NCBI GenBank assembly: GCA_037139885.1
Contig: JBAXFO010000001.1
Coordinates: forward strand, 1-29,732
Reading direction: 5' to 3'
Source: Planctomycetota bacterium
GTDB lineage: Bacteria; Planctomycetota; Planctomycetia; Gemmatales; Gemmataceae
DNA length: 29,732 bases
The notes below the pieces were generated by a model. It was not told the DNA's origin. It saw only the letters and a list, made by a program, of their open reading frames with translations, and ran no database searches. Positions within the stretch are counted from its first letter, which is position 1. Each line of letters starts with the position of its first letter. The position numbers and the translations under genes are program-made. Below, piece by piece: positions 1 to 9,180 of the stretch.

Positions 1-104
1 ACGGCAGAATTTCGTGCTGTTTTCGGAAGACGATTTCAGTTCGAACGATTGAGGGACGAGCGACGAGGCTCTTCGCTTCTCGTTCTTTGGTCAGTCGCGA
101 TGCG

Positions 105-163
105 TCAGCGGAGCGCGGACTTCGACACGTCACCGAGATGACGTGCCGTCCGCGCTCCGCTGA
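105..163. repeat. Long intergenic inverted repeat (REP/REPIN-like hairpin; could act as a bidirectional terminator)
   Basis: Perfect 16-bp arms TCAGCGGAGCGCGGAC (105-120) and GTCCGCGCTCCGCTGA (148-163), with an inner stem CACGTCA/TGACGTG (126-132/139-145). Lies just downstream of the minus-strand dehydrogenase stop. Confidence 0.75.
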
Positions 164-188
164 TGGGTCGGGATTGACCCATTGTTGG

Positions 189-1217
189 TCACTTCCAATT
201 CATGACCACGCACAAATACTCGTCCTTCTTCTTCAGCAGCCCCTCATACGCGTCGCCGAGGCCTTCCGGTTTGATGCGGTGGGTGATCAGCTTTTCCAGG
301 TTGATACGGCCCGCGGCCAGGCTGGCGAGGAGCCATTTTTGGGCTTTGTTGATGTCCCAGGCGCCAGCGAGGCGGGTGTGGGCGGGTTCGAAGAGCATGT
401 TGCCGTGGCCGCCGGAAACTTCGATGTAACGGCGATGCAGATCGTCGTAGAAGTTGACGTTTTGGGCTTTGCCGCGGGGACTGCCGACGACGACGACCTG
501 GCCCGCGTTGTCCGCCAGCGACATGGCCACGGGCACGGCGTCGGGCACGCCGGTGCAGTCGGCGACGATCTCGGCGCCGCGCGCCCCGAGAAATTCCTGA
601 AGCTGTTGAATGTAAGTCGGATCGTTGGGGTCGAGAACGAGGTCGGCTCCGGCGGCGAGGGCGGCGTCGCGGCGCATCTTGACGGAATCGATGCCGATCA
701 CCGGATTCGCCCCGGCCGCCATGGCGCAGCGCAGCGCCGATTGCCCGATCATGCCCAGGCCCAGGACGGCGAACGAACGGCCCAGCGTCAGGCCCGCGCG
801 GATCGACGCGCCCATGCCGTAGCGCAAGATGCAAGCCAGGGCCGCCTTTTCGAAGTCGAGATGGTCGGGAAGCTTCCACCAGCGGCCCCGTTCATGGCCC
901 ACGGTGAGGAGTTCGTGCGAGGCATGGTTGCCCGGATAGCTGACGCGGTCGCCGGCCTTCCATCCCTTGATGCCCGAACCCACGGCCACGATCACGCCCG
1001 CAGCGCTGTAGCCCGAGCGGAAGGGGAACTTCCAGTCGGGCAGGTTCGGGTCTTTCAGCCACTGGTGAGTTCCCGTATAGACCGCGAGTTCGGTGCCGGG
1101 GCTGACGCCGCTGACGTGAGCCTCGACAAGAATCTGATTTTCGGCCGGGGCCGGCAGTTCGGCGGGGCGAACGTCGACCTTGAACGGTTCCATCACTGCG
1201 ACCTGACGAGCTTGCAT
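189..1217 (-). CDS. Medium-chain dehydrogenase/reductase (zinc-binding ADH superfamily; subfamily lacking canonical Zn ligands)
   Basis: C-terminal part of ORF 189..2468, starting [14 protein letters not shown] after a GGAG RBS. GroES-like N-terminus ([29 protein letters not shown]), Rossmann motif VLGLGMIG, typical MDR C-terminus [16 protein letters not shown]. Confidence 0.85.
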   Translation of the reverse strand: MQARQVAVMEPFKVDVRPAELPAPAENQILVEAHVSGVSPGTELAVYTGTHQWLKDPNLPDWKFPFRSGYSAAGVIVAVGSGIKGWKAGDRVSYPGNHASHELLTVGHERGRWWKLPDHLDFEKAALACILRYGMGASIRAGLTLGRSFAVLGLGMIGQSALRCAMAAGANPVIGIDSVKMRRDAALAAGADLVLDPNDPTYIQQLQEFLGARGAEIVADCTGVPDAVPVAMSLADNAGQVVVVGSPRGKAQNVNFYDDLHRRYIEVSGGHGNMLFEPAHTRLAGAWDINKAQKWLLASLAAGRINLEKLITHRIKPEGLGDAYEGLLKKKDEYLCVVMNWK

Positions 1218-1349
1218 CCGAGTCTCCAAGTATCGATGGCGGCTTTCGTCGCAAGAGAACGCGAATCGCCTCCGCCAGCGTGGGGAATGAATACAATCGT
1301 AGAGATTCGGGAACCAACGAATACCCCGCGGACCGACACGGATTTCGGC

Positions 1350-2495
1350 ATGAACGAACCCAAGAAGACCTTGCCGCAACTCTTCGGCATTCCCCCGCTC
1401 TATTACTTGCTCATCGCCTTTCCCATCGCATGCGGCCTGCGCTTCATGCATGCGAACGAACTCGCCCTTTTCGCGGCCTCGTGCCTTGCGATCATTCCCC
1501 TCGCCGGCATCATGGGGCGGGCGACGGAAAGCCTCGCCGAGAGTATGGGCCCCGCGGCCGGCGGTCTGCTCAACGCCACCTTCGGCAACGCCGCCGAGCT
1601 CATCATCGCCCTGCTGGCGCTGCGTCAAGGCGAGCACGACATCGTCAAGGCGAGCATCACCGGTTCCATCATCGGCAATGTTTTGCTGGTGCTCGGGCTG
1701 TCGATTCTCGTCGGCGGTCTGCGTTATCCCCGGCAAACATTCAACCGCACCGCCGCCGGTTTGGGCACGACGATGATGGCCCTCGCCGCGATCGGCCTCA
1801 TGGTGCCGACGATCTTCTTCTACATCGCCGCTGGAACCCAGGCGCCGAGCAAAGATCTTGAACATCTGAGCGAAGAGATCGCGATCATCTTGGCGATCAT
1901 GTATGTCTTGAGCCTGTTCTTCACGCTCAAGACGCACCATCATCTTTTCGCCGAACCCAAGCCGGAGTGGGGGCCGGAAGAAGTGACCGAACCGGAATGG
2001 AGCCGGGCCAAGGCGCTCACGATTCTCGTCATCGCCACGGCGGGCGTCGCCCTCATGAGCGAGTTTCTGGTAGGCTCGGTCGAAGAGGCGGCCAAGGCGC
2101 TGGGCATGACGAAAATTTTCGTCGGCGTCATCGTCGTCGCCATCATTGGCAACGCGGCCGAGCATTCCACCGCGGTGTTGATGGCCCTCAAAGACAAGAT
2201 GGATTTGAGCGTCACCATCGCCGTCGGCAGCAGCATTCAAGTGGCCATGTTCGTGGCCCCGGCGCTGGTGCTGGCGAGCGTTTTGATGGGCGATCCGATG
2301 GACTTGCACTTCACGCCGCTGGAAGTGGTCTCCGTCACGATCGCCATGGGCGTGATGGCGCTCGTCTCGCAGGACGGCGAAAGCCACTGGATGGAAGGGG
2401 CGCTGCTGCTGGCGGTTTACGTGATTCTCGGCCTGGCGTTTTATCACCTGCCGGCGCCCGTGGAACAAGCTGCCGCCGTGCTTGGGACGTCTTAA
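1350..2495 (+). CDS. cax: Ca2+/H+ antiporter (CaCA family, CAX/ChaA type)
   Basis: Hydrophobic multi-TM protein with both alpha-repeat signatures, [14 protein letters not shown] and [13 protein letters not shown], plus [14 protein letters not shown]. Start taken at MNEPKK, downstream of a TACAAT hexamer at 1292-1297. Confidence 0.9.
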   Translation: MNEPKKTLPQLFGIPPLYYLLIAFPIACGLRFMHANELALFAASCLAIIPLAGIMGRATESLAESMGPAAGGLLNATFGNAAELIIALLALRQGEHDIVKASITGSIIGNVLLVLGLSILVGGLRYPRQTFNRTAAGLGTTMMALAAIGLMVPTIFFYIAAGTQAPSKDLEHLSEEIAIILAIMYVLSLFFTLKTHHHLFAEPKPEWGPEEVTEPEWSRAKALTILVIATAGVALMSEFLVGSVEEAAKALGMTKIFVGVIVVAIIGNAAEHSTAVLMALKDKMDLSVTIAVGSSIQVAMFVAPALVLASVLMGDPMDLHFTPLEVVSVTIAMGVMALVSQDGESHWMEGALLLAVYVILGLAFYHLPAPVEQAAAVLGTS

Positions 2496-2528
2496 GGTGT
2501 GGGAAAAGCGAACGATCGATCACGACGC

Positions 2529-2552
2529 CAAGCGGGCAGCGCCGCCCGCTTG
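2529..2552. terminator. Hairpin between convergent genes (likely terminator)
   Basis: 9-bp stem CAAGCGGGC/GCCCGCTTG with a 6-nt loop, between the cax stop and the lipoprotein stop. Confidence 0.55.
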
Positions 2553-2569
2553 TTCCGCATGGGCGCCGA

Positions 2570-3271
2570 TCACTTTCCTTGTTCCATTTGCTGAAGAACG
2601 GCTTGCACCGCCGCCGCATAGTCGCGGGCGACGACGTCGTACGTGCGCAGTTGCGACGGGTTGCCCGACTGCGGCGCGACGGCGATAAGACGAACGGAGC
2701 CGTCGGGTTGCGGGTCGACGCGATGTTGCGTGACGCCGCGAGCCTGGAGCAGTGCGGTTTGCGGATCGACGAAATTGCTCGGTTGGGCGGCGAACGCACC
2801 GGAACCCGCGGGGGGCGTCGTCGGCGGCGCCACCCAGGAACCGTTGACGAAGGCCGGGTCTTTGGGCACGGGCCGAACGAGCGGTTCAGCGTTCGCGGTC
2901 AATTGAAACGTCCCCGGGGCTTTGCCGTCGTTGATCGCGAGAGCCTGGCTGCCCGGGAGCGGCTTCGTGATGCTCGCGAGATACGCGTTGCTGGTCGGGC
3001 TGGGGCCGATCACCGGGTCGTTCGGCACGTTCATCGACGATTTCTGCCCGGTCGTCTCGGCGTTGACCTTTTTATCGGTCGGCGGGGCCGGACCGTAAGG
3101 GTTGTTGCCTTGCGGATGGACTTCGCCCAGGATGGGGTCGGCCGACTTCTTTTTGTCGGCCGTTAACGACGTGCAACCGGAAAGCAGCGTCATGCTGACG
3201 GCGCAGACGAAGAGGACCAGAGACCACATCCCCAGCCGTGAACGACAAGTTATCTTTCCCAGATTATGCAT
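2570..3271 (-). CDS. Hypothetical lipoprotein with Pro-rich linker and small C-terminal alpha/beta domain
   Basis: GGAG RBS before MHNLGK. Basic N-terminus, hydrophobic stretch and lipobox LLSG-C, then a Pro/Thr-rich middle and a compact C-terminal domain (LQARGVTQHRVD...YDVVARDYAAAVQAVL). Confidence 0.7.
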   Translation of the reverse strand: MHNLGKITCRSRLGMWSLVLFVCAVSMTLLSGCTSLTADKKKSADPILGEVHPQGNNPYGPAPPTDKKVNAETTGQKSSMNVPNDPVIGPSPTSNAYLASITKPLPGSQALAINDGKAPGTFQLTANAEPLVRPVPKDPAFVNGSWVAPPTTPPAGSGAFAAQPSNFVDPQTALLQARGVTQHRVDPQPDGSVRLIAVAPQSGNPSQLRTYDVVARDYAAAVQAVLQQMEQGK

Positions 3272-3441
3272 GGCTCCCGTTTCTCGGGCTCTTGGCTCGT
3301 GGGCAGCTCGCGTGACCTTCAATAGAAAAGAATCGGCAGCGAGCCTCGCAAACTTGAGAGAATTTTCGAAATTTTCCTCGGGCCGCACCGCAGCGACGCG
3401 GGTGAGCCGGTCGTGTACAGAAGTCCCATTCAGGAGTTTTC

Positions 3442-4509
3442 ATGGCAGCGAACAAGATCGCCGTGTTGGGTGGCGATGGCATCGGCCCGGAAGTGATCGA
3501 TCAGGCGATTCGCGTCGTCGATGCCGCCCTGGCGCGCGACAAGGGCGCCTTCGAGTGGAACCATCTCCCCTGGGGCTCCGAGTTCTACAAGAAGACGGGC
3601 GCCATCCTGCCCGCCGATGGTTGGGACATCCTCAAGAAACACGACGCGATTCTCTTCGGAGCGGTTGGCGACCCAGCCGTGCCCGAAGTCGTCACCGTGC
3701 ACGGCTTGCTGCTGCCGATGCGCCGGCTTTACGACCAATACGTCAACCTGCGTCCGGCGTTCCTTTTCGATGGCGTGCAATCGCCGCTGCGGGATAAGGC
3801 GCCCGGCAGCATCGATATGCTCGTCTTCCGCGAAAACACGGAAGGCGAATATGCCCCGATCGGCGGCCGCCTTTATCCCGGCACCCCCTCCGAAACCGCT
3901 CTGGCCACGGCCGTGTTCACGCGCCGCGGTTGCGAACGCATCATGCGCGCCGCGTTCAACGCCGCCCGCGCTCCGGGCCGCCGCAAGAAAGTCACTTCGA
4001 TCAGCAAGGCGAACGCCCTCACCTATACGCTGGGGCTGTGGGACGAGACGTTCAACGATGTGAAAAAGGACTACCCCGACGTCCAGTCGAACTCGTTGCT
4101 CGTCGACGCCGCAGCCATGGATTTCGTGCGCAAGCCCGAAGTGTTCGATGTGGTCGTCGCCAGCAATCTTTTCGGCGACATTTTGACGGACCTTTCGGCG
4201 CAAGTGACCGGTTCCGTCGGCCTGGCCTCCAGCGCCAACATCAATCCCGAGCGGACGTTCCCGAGCATGTTCGAGCCCGTGCACGGCTCCGCCCCGGACA
4301 TCGCCGGCAAAGGCATCGCGAATCCGATGGCCGCGATCTTGTCGGCGAAACTGCTGCTCGATCATCTCGGTCAGCCGAAAGCCGGAGCCGCGTTGCATGC
4401 GGCCGTCGCCAAAGTGCTCAAGGATCGCAAGACGCTGACGCCCGACCTGGGCGGCAAGGCGACGACGACCGAAATGGGCGATGCCGTATTGGCGGCTTTG
4501 GGGGCGTAG
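3442..4509 (+). CDS. Tartrate / D-malate dehydrogenase-type beta-decarboxylating dehydrogenase (isocitrate/isopropylmalate DH family)
   Basis: IAVLGGDGIGPEV, DQYVNLRP, RENTEGEY, VVASNLFGDILTD, SANINPERTFPSMFEPVHGSAPDIAGKGIANP. Details such as WGSEFY, DAILFGAVG and NPERTFPS resemble TtuC/DmlA more than LeuB. AGGAG RBS. Confidence 0.85.
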   Translation: MAANKIAVLGGDGIGPEVIDQAIRVVDAALARDKGAFEWNHLPWGSEFYKKTGAILPADGWDILKKHDAILFGAVGDPAVPEVVTVHGLLLPMRRLYDQYVNLRPAFLFDGVQSPLRDKAPGSIDMLVFRENTEGEYAPIGGRLYPGTPSETALATAVFTRRGCERIMRAAFNAARAPGRRKKVTSISKANALTYTLGLWDETFNDVKKDYPDVQSNSLLVDAAAMDFVRKPEVFDVVVASNLFGDILTDLSAQVTGSVGLASSANINPERTFPSMFEPVHGSAPDIAGKGIANPMAAILSAKLLLDHLGQPKAGAALHAAVAKVLKDRKTLTPDLGGKATTTEMGDAVLAALGA

Positions 4510-4531
4510 GGAACTGTTTGACGACGAAAAA

Positions 4532-4561
4532 GCTCTCGCAGACAAAGCTTTCTGCGAGAGC
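4532..4561. terminator. Rho-independent terminator, probably bidirectional
   Basis: 11-bp stem GCTCTCGCAGA/TCTGCGAGAGC with an 8-nt loop. An A-run on the left gives a U-tract on the minus strand (argH). Lies between convergent genes. Confidence 0.7.
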
Positions 4562-4581
4562 ATTTGTGCGGAAAACGGACG

Positions 4582-5976
4582 CTACTTCACGGATATCTGA
4601 CTGGCGACGCGTGATCTCCACGCAGCTAACTGCTTGGCCACTTCCGCGGGACACGTCGAACCGTAGCTTTTGAACGCCTGGATCGCATTTCGAACGCCGA
4701 GCACCCCATACACCGTTTTGCTTAATCCCGGATGGATGCCGTCGAAAACCTCGGCCGGCAGCTCCGCAAGACGCATGCGCGACTCTTCGCACATCCGCAC
4801 CAGTTTGCCGACCGCTTCATGAGCCGAGCGCAGCGGCACGCCTTTGCTCGCGAGATGTTCCATGAACGTCGTCGCATCGAGATACCCATCCTCGAGGCGA
4901 GCGTTGATGGAGTCCGTCTTGAAACGGGTCTCGCGAATCAGCCCGGCCGCCAGTTCGAGCGTGATGGCGACGGTGTCGTAGGCGTCGAACAAGGCTTCCT
5001 TGTCTTCTTGCAGATCGCGGTTGTATGCGAGCGGCAGTCCCTTGATGAGCACGAGAAGCTGCTGAAGCTTGCCGACGACGCGCGCCGATTTGCCGCGGAT
5101 TAGCTCGAGAACGTCGGGATTCTTCTTGTGCGGCATGATGCTCGACCCGGTGCAAAAGCCATCGGGCAGGTTCAGAAAGTTGAACTCCGTCGTCGACCAG
5201 AGAATCCATTCCTCCGCCCAACCGGCGAGGTGGAGGGCGATGAGCGTCAGATCGAAGACGAATTCAATCAAGAAGTCGCGGTCGCTGGACACGTCCAAAC
5301 TGTTGGCGGCCACGCCCTCGAAGCCGAGCTTTTTCTCGACGCTGTGGCGATCGATCGGGATCGATGTTCCCGCCAAGGCCGCGGCTCCCAGCGACAGGAT
5401 GTTGACGCGTTTGCGCGTGTCGGCAAGGCGTTCGCGATCGCGTTGGGCCTTCTCGACATAGCAGAGAAAATAATGCGTGGCGAGCACGGGCTGGGCACGC
5501 TGGAAATGGGTGTAGCCGGGGATGACGAGATCGCCGCACGCCTCGGCGGCGACAATCAGCGACTTTTGCAGTTCGAGCAATTTCGCGTCAATGTCGTCGA
5601 GAGCGCCACGCGTCCAGAGTTTGACGTCGGTGATGACCTGATCGTTACGGCTGCGGCCCGTGTGCAGCTTGCGTCCGACATCGCCGAGCTTTTCGATGAG
5701 GGCGCGTTCGATGTGCGTATGAATGTCTTCGAGCGAAATCGAATACGCCATCTCGCCGCGTTCGATCGTCCCCTGAATCTCGCTCAAAGCGCCGACGATC
5801 TGCTCCGCCTCGGCGCCCGTGAGCACGCCAACCTCGGCCAACATGCGGGCATGAGCCTGGCTGGCGAGAATGTCCTGTTTATACAGGCGTTGATCGAAGC
5901 TGATCGACTCGGTGAAGAGTTCGACGCGGGTGTTGGTTTCGCCGCTGAAACGTCCGCCCCAGGTTTTTTGGCTCAC
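4582..5976 (-). CDS. argH: Argininosuccinate lyase
   Basis: GTG start giving (M)SQKTWGGRF. Motifs [34 protein letters not shown] (fumarate-lyase signature) and [14 protein letters not shown]. Confidence 0.96.
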   Translation of the reverse strand: MSQKTWGGRFSGETNTRVELFTESISFDQRLYKQDILASQAHARMLAEVGVLTGAEAEQIVGALSEIQGTIERGEMAYSISLEDIHTHIERALIEKLGDVGRKLHTGRSRNDQVITDVKLWTRGALDDIDAKLLELQKSLIVAAEACGDLVIPGYTHFQRAQPVLATHYFLCYVEKAQRDRERLADTRKRVNILSLGAAALAGTSIPIDRHSVEKKLGFEGVAANSLDVSSDRDFLIEFVFDLTLIALHLAGWAEEWILWSTTEFNFLNLPDGFCTGSSIMPHKKNPDVLELIRGKSARVVGKLQQLLVLIKGLPLAYNRDLQEDKEALFDAYDTVAITLELAAGLIRETRFKTDSINARLEDGYLDATTFMEHLASKGVPLRSAHEAVGKLVRMCEESRMRLAELPAEVFDGIHPGLSKTVYGVLGVRNAIQAFKSYGSTCPAEVAKQLAAWRSRVASQISVK

Positions 5977-6761
5977 GAGATATTGATCCCCGACGATACA
6001 AGGACTGCGTTTGCCCATTCGAGATCGGCGCCAACAAGCGGCGGTTCGGGGGCGGTCTTGTAAATGTAGTCTTTATAGTAGGCCTGATCGTAAACCCCGT
6101 GAAGGATTTGTTGCAGATCGAGCGAAGCCTCGATCGCGGGATTCCGTAACGGGACAGGAATCGTGGGGAGTCGGTCGGCAAGGAGAAGGGGCCAGAACCC
6201 GACGTCCGGCCGATTCTCGTACCGGCTTACGAGGACGCCGTAATCGCAAAGCGGCATCTCCTCGACTGGCATTCGCTCCCAGCCGCGCAAGAGATCGATC
6301 TCGATAAAGTTGGCCTGGCTATGAAGAATGCCGCGTCTCTTCGCGATGTACTGATCGCGATCCATGCCTGGCTTCTTATTCGACGGGCTCAACAACTCAA
6401 TGATGGCCACGACTTCGCGATTGGTCCGGGTTTGAACCTCGAGGTAAAGCTGTTTCTCGATTTCGAAATCGGTCGAAACCCTCAGGTTCCTGGGCGCCGT
6501 AAGTTGGGCGTGCTGGCTTGCCGTGGGTCCCTTCGTGGCAGCGCTGGCCCGGCTTAAAGCGACGTCGGCGTTTCCCACACGTAAGCGCTCTTCCGCGGAG
6601 GGTTCATGGATGTAGAGGCGCTCTTCGAGTTTAACGATGAAATAAGGACTGATCTGAGGGGCCAACGAGGCGCGAATCGCCGGCAGAAAGCTGTCGTGAA
6701 AATCTTGCCAGACATCTCGATTCTCGAGATACGGATTCATCCCCGGAAAGGGCGACGGCAT
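5973..6761 (-). CDS. DUF4058 family protein (putative PD-(D/E)XK-like nuclease fold)
   Basis: Characteristic N-terminus [13 protein letters not shown], plus [17 protein letters not shown] and LPTIPVPL...LDLQ. Its TGA overlaps the argH GTG (GTGA). Confidence 0.85.
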   Translation of the reverse strand: MPSPFPGMNPYLENRDVWQDFHDSFLPAIRASLAPQISPYFIVKLEERLYIHEPSAEERLRVGNADVALSRASAATKGPTASQHAQLTAPRNLRVSTDFEIEKQLYLEVQTRTNREVVAIIELLSPSNKKPGMDRDQYIAKRRGILHSQANFIEIDLLRGWERMPVEEMPLCDYGVLVSRYENRPDVGFWPLLLADRLPTIPVPLRNPAIEASLDLQQILHGVYDQAYYKDYIYKTAPEPPLVGADLEWANAVLVSSGINIS

Positions 6762-6869
6762 AAGGCACCTCGCATGCAACGCTCGTTCCGCATCATTTCA
6801 AAGCGGGTTTCGCCAGTTCCGCCGCCCAAACACGATCGGCGTCCGAGAGCGGCGGTTCGGGTCGTCCGA

Positions 6870-7109
6870 TTATTGCGTCTTGGTGAGTTCGCCGAACAAG
6901 CGCCCGCAAGCCAGATAGAAAACCGCGTCCTTCCGGCGACGCAAGACCAATGCCGTGAAACAGCAAAGACCTATCGCTCCGAGGAGCTCCCCGGCAGCAA
7001 TAATCGGCCGATAGTCGTTCGTGGCAAACGTGACGAAAGCGCACGCTAACGCTCCCAGGACGGCCAGCAAACCGCTCAGCGACAAACAAGTTTCAACGAG
7101 CGTTCGCAT
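6870..7109 (-). CDS. Small two-TM hypothetical membrane protein
   Basis: Two hydrophobic segments followed by RRRK, consistent with the positive-inside rule. Immediately downstream of aspS on the same strand. Start uncertain. Confidence 0.5.
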   Translation of the reverse strand: MRTLVETCLSLSGLLAVLGALACAFVTFATNDYRPIIAAGELLGAIGLCCFTALVLRRRKDAVFYLACGRLFGELTKTQ

Positions 7110-7155
7110 TCTAGAATTCGCCGTCCGCAAATTCGGAATACGCGTGCATCGTAAA

Positions 7156-8952
7156 CTAAAGCCCCAACTCCTTCAACTGCTTCGCGTCCACCGGTCCAGG
7201 CGCCCCGGTCATCATGTCGCGTGCTTTCTGGTTCTTGGGGAAGGCGATGACGTCGCGGATGTTGGTCGTTTGGGCGAGCATCATGGTCCAGCGGTCGATG
7301 CCCAGGGCGATGCCGCCGTGTGGGGGGGCGCCGAATTTGAGGGCGTCGAGGAGGAAGCCGAAGCGTTCGCGGGCTTGTTCGTCGGTCATGCCCAGGGCGC
7401 GGAACATGCGGGCTTGGACTTCGGGATTGTGGATACGGATGCTGCCGCCGCCGCACTCGTAGCCGTTAATGATAAGGTCGTAAGCTTTCGCCTTCACCGC
7501 TCCCGGGTCGGATTCGAGCAGCGGCAGGTCGGCGTCTTGCGGGGCCGTGAAGGGGTGGTGGTTGGCGGCGAAGCGTTTTTCATCCGCGTCGTAAATGAAC
7601 GACGGGAAATCGATCACCCAGGCGATCTTGTAGTCGGGCTTCGAGTTGTCGTAGAGCTTGAGCGTGGCGGCCAGGTTTTGACGCAATGCCCCGAGAGCCG
7701 CGCAGACGACCTCTTCCTTGTCGGCCACGAACAGGAGCACGTCGCCGTTTTCGGCGTTCATCGCCTTACGGAGTTCCTCTTGCGCGGCCGGGGGGAAGAA
7801 TTTCTCGATCGACGAGGTCAGCTTGCCCCCTTCGACCTTCAGCCACGCCAGGCCCTTGGCGCCGTAAGCGGAGAGGAATTCGGAGAGTTTGCCGCCGGGC
7901 TTGAGCTCGGTGTTGGAAAACTTGTCGGCCGCTCCCTTGGCGTTGATGCCGCGAACGAAGCCCCCTTTTTCGATGACGTCGAGGAAGACTTTGAACGTCG
8001 TCTGTTTCGCGATTGCGGAGACGTCGACGATCTCCAGGCCATAACGCAGATCGGGCTTGTCGCTGCCATAGCGAGCCATCACGTCCGCGTATTTCAGCCG
8101 CGGCAAGGGCAGCGGGATCTCGACGCCCAGGCATGCGCGGAAAATGTCGTAGGTCAGCTTTTCCATCACCGCGAAGATATCGTCCATCTCGACGAACGAC
8201 ATCTCGACGTCGAGCTGCGTGAACTCGGGTTGGCGGTCGGCGCGCAAGTCTTCGTCGCGCAAGCAACGGGCGATCTGAAAGTATTTGTCATAACCAGCCA
8301 CCATCAGCAATTGTTTGTAGAGCTGCGGCGATTGCGGGAGCGCATACCAACTCCCCGGCGTCACCCGGCTTGGCACGAGATAATCGCGCGCCCCCTCGGG
8401 CGAACTGCGGCCCAAAAGCGGCGTCTCCAATTCGAGAAAGCCCTGGACATCAAGGCTGTCGCGGATGATCTTGTTGAGGCGATGGCGCAGGGCCAGCGTG
8501 CGCTGGAGCGTCGGCCGGCGCAGGTCGAGAAAGCGATATTGCAGCCGTAAGTCTTCGTTGGCGAGCTCGGGATCCATGAGCACGCCTTTGTCTTGCGGGA
8601 TGCTCATCACTTCGAACGGCGGCGTCGGGCATTTGTTGAGCACGGTCCATTCCGCGATCTGCACCTCGACGGCCCCGGTCGGCAGCTTTTCGTTGATCTT
8701 GCCGTCGAGCCGTTTATGAACCACGCCCTTCACCGAGAGAACCCATTCATTGCGGATGTCGTCGGCATGATGGAAGTCGTCGTGATCGGCTTGAAACACG
8801 ATTTGCGTGAGGCCGTAGCGGTCGCGAAGATCGATGAAAATCTGGTCGTTGTAGCGGCGCGAGGTATTGACCCAGCCATTCAAGACAACGGTCTGATCGA
8901 GGTGGGCTTCGCGAAGTTCGCCGCAGGTGTGAGTCCGTTGCCAGGCTGACAT
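7156..8952 (-). CDS. aspS: Aspartate--tRNA ligase
   Basis: RTHTCGEL N-terminus, [19 protein letters not shown], motif 1 [33 protein letters not shown], motif 2 [18 protein letters not shown] insert, motif 3 [12 protein letters not shown]. Confidence 0.97.
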   Translation of the reverse strand: MSAWQRTHTCGELREAHLDQTVVLNGWVNTSRRYNDQIFIDLRDRYGLTQIVFQADHDDFHHADDIRNEWVLSVKGVVHKRLDGKINEKLPTGAVEVQIAEWTVLNKCPTPPFEVMSIPQDKGVLMDPELANEDLRLQYRFLDLRRPTLQRTLALRHRLNKIIRDSLDVQGFLELETPLLGRSSPEGARDYLVPSRVTPGSWYALPQSPQLYKQLLMVAGYDKYFQIARCLRDEDLRADRQPEFTQLDVEMSFVEMDDIFAVMEKLTYDIFRACLGVEIPLPLPRLKYADVMARYGSDKPDLRYGLEIVDVSAIAKQTTFKVFLDVIEKGGFVRGINAKGAADKFSNTELKPGGKLSEFLSAYGAKGLAWLKVEGGKLTSSIEKFFPPAAQEELRKAMNAENGDVLLFVADKEEVVCAALGALRQNLAATLKLYDNSKPDYKIAWVIDFPSFIYDADEKRFAANHHPFTAPQDADLPLLESDPGAVKAKAYDLIINGYECGGGSIRIHNPEVQARMFRALGMTDEQARERFGFLLDALKFGAPPHGGIALGIDRWTMMLAQTTNIRDVIAFPKNQKARDMMTGAPGPVDAKQLKELGL

Positions 8953-9180
8953 ATTCGGGTTCCAATCGGTGATTGCAGTCGTCCCCGCCGGGTCGGGAAC
9001 ATTGACGTTACGTTAGAAGAATGCATAGGTTCGGACAACCGTCTTGTTTTCAGGGCCGGCCGCAGCCATCGTGTGCGGCGTCGAGTTCGTACAAACACAT
9101 CTGGGGCGCCACGCCTTCGCGCGGGGCTCAACCCTCGAGCGTGCGAACCTTCGACCCTTGGCGATCGTGGAGATGGAACG

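Noticed and set aside
2-52. Possible 3' end of an upstream gene ([16 protein letters not shown])
   Set aside because: Too short to support or identify, although a convergent arrangement with the hairpin at 105-163 is plausible.
87-1349. N-terminal extension of the 802-aa ORF 87..2495
   Set aside because: It is the antisense shadow of the minus-strand dehydrogenase. Antiporter similarity starts only at MNEPKK (1350).
1218-2468. N-terminal extension of ORF 189..2468
   Set aside because: Antisense to cax. The real start has a GGAG RBS at MQARQV (1217).
3355-3380. AT-rich quasi-palindrome GAGAATTTTCGAAATTTTCCTC in the divergent lipoprotein/dehydrogenase intergenic region
   Set aside because: Could be an operator, but it is imperfect, single-copy and not attributable to a known regulator.
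3442-4509. Calling this gene leuB
   Set aside because: Family membership is clear, but diagnostic segments resemble tartrate/D-malate dehydrogenases more, and no leu genes are adjacent. Gene symbol withheld.
9010-9180. T-box riboswitch upstream of asnS
   Set aside because: No T-box consensus (AAnnnnGGTGGnACC-type), specifier loop or terminator U-tract is recognisable.
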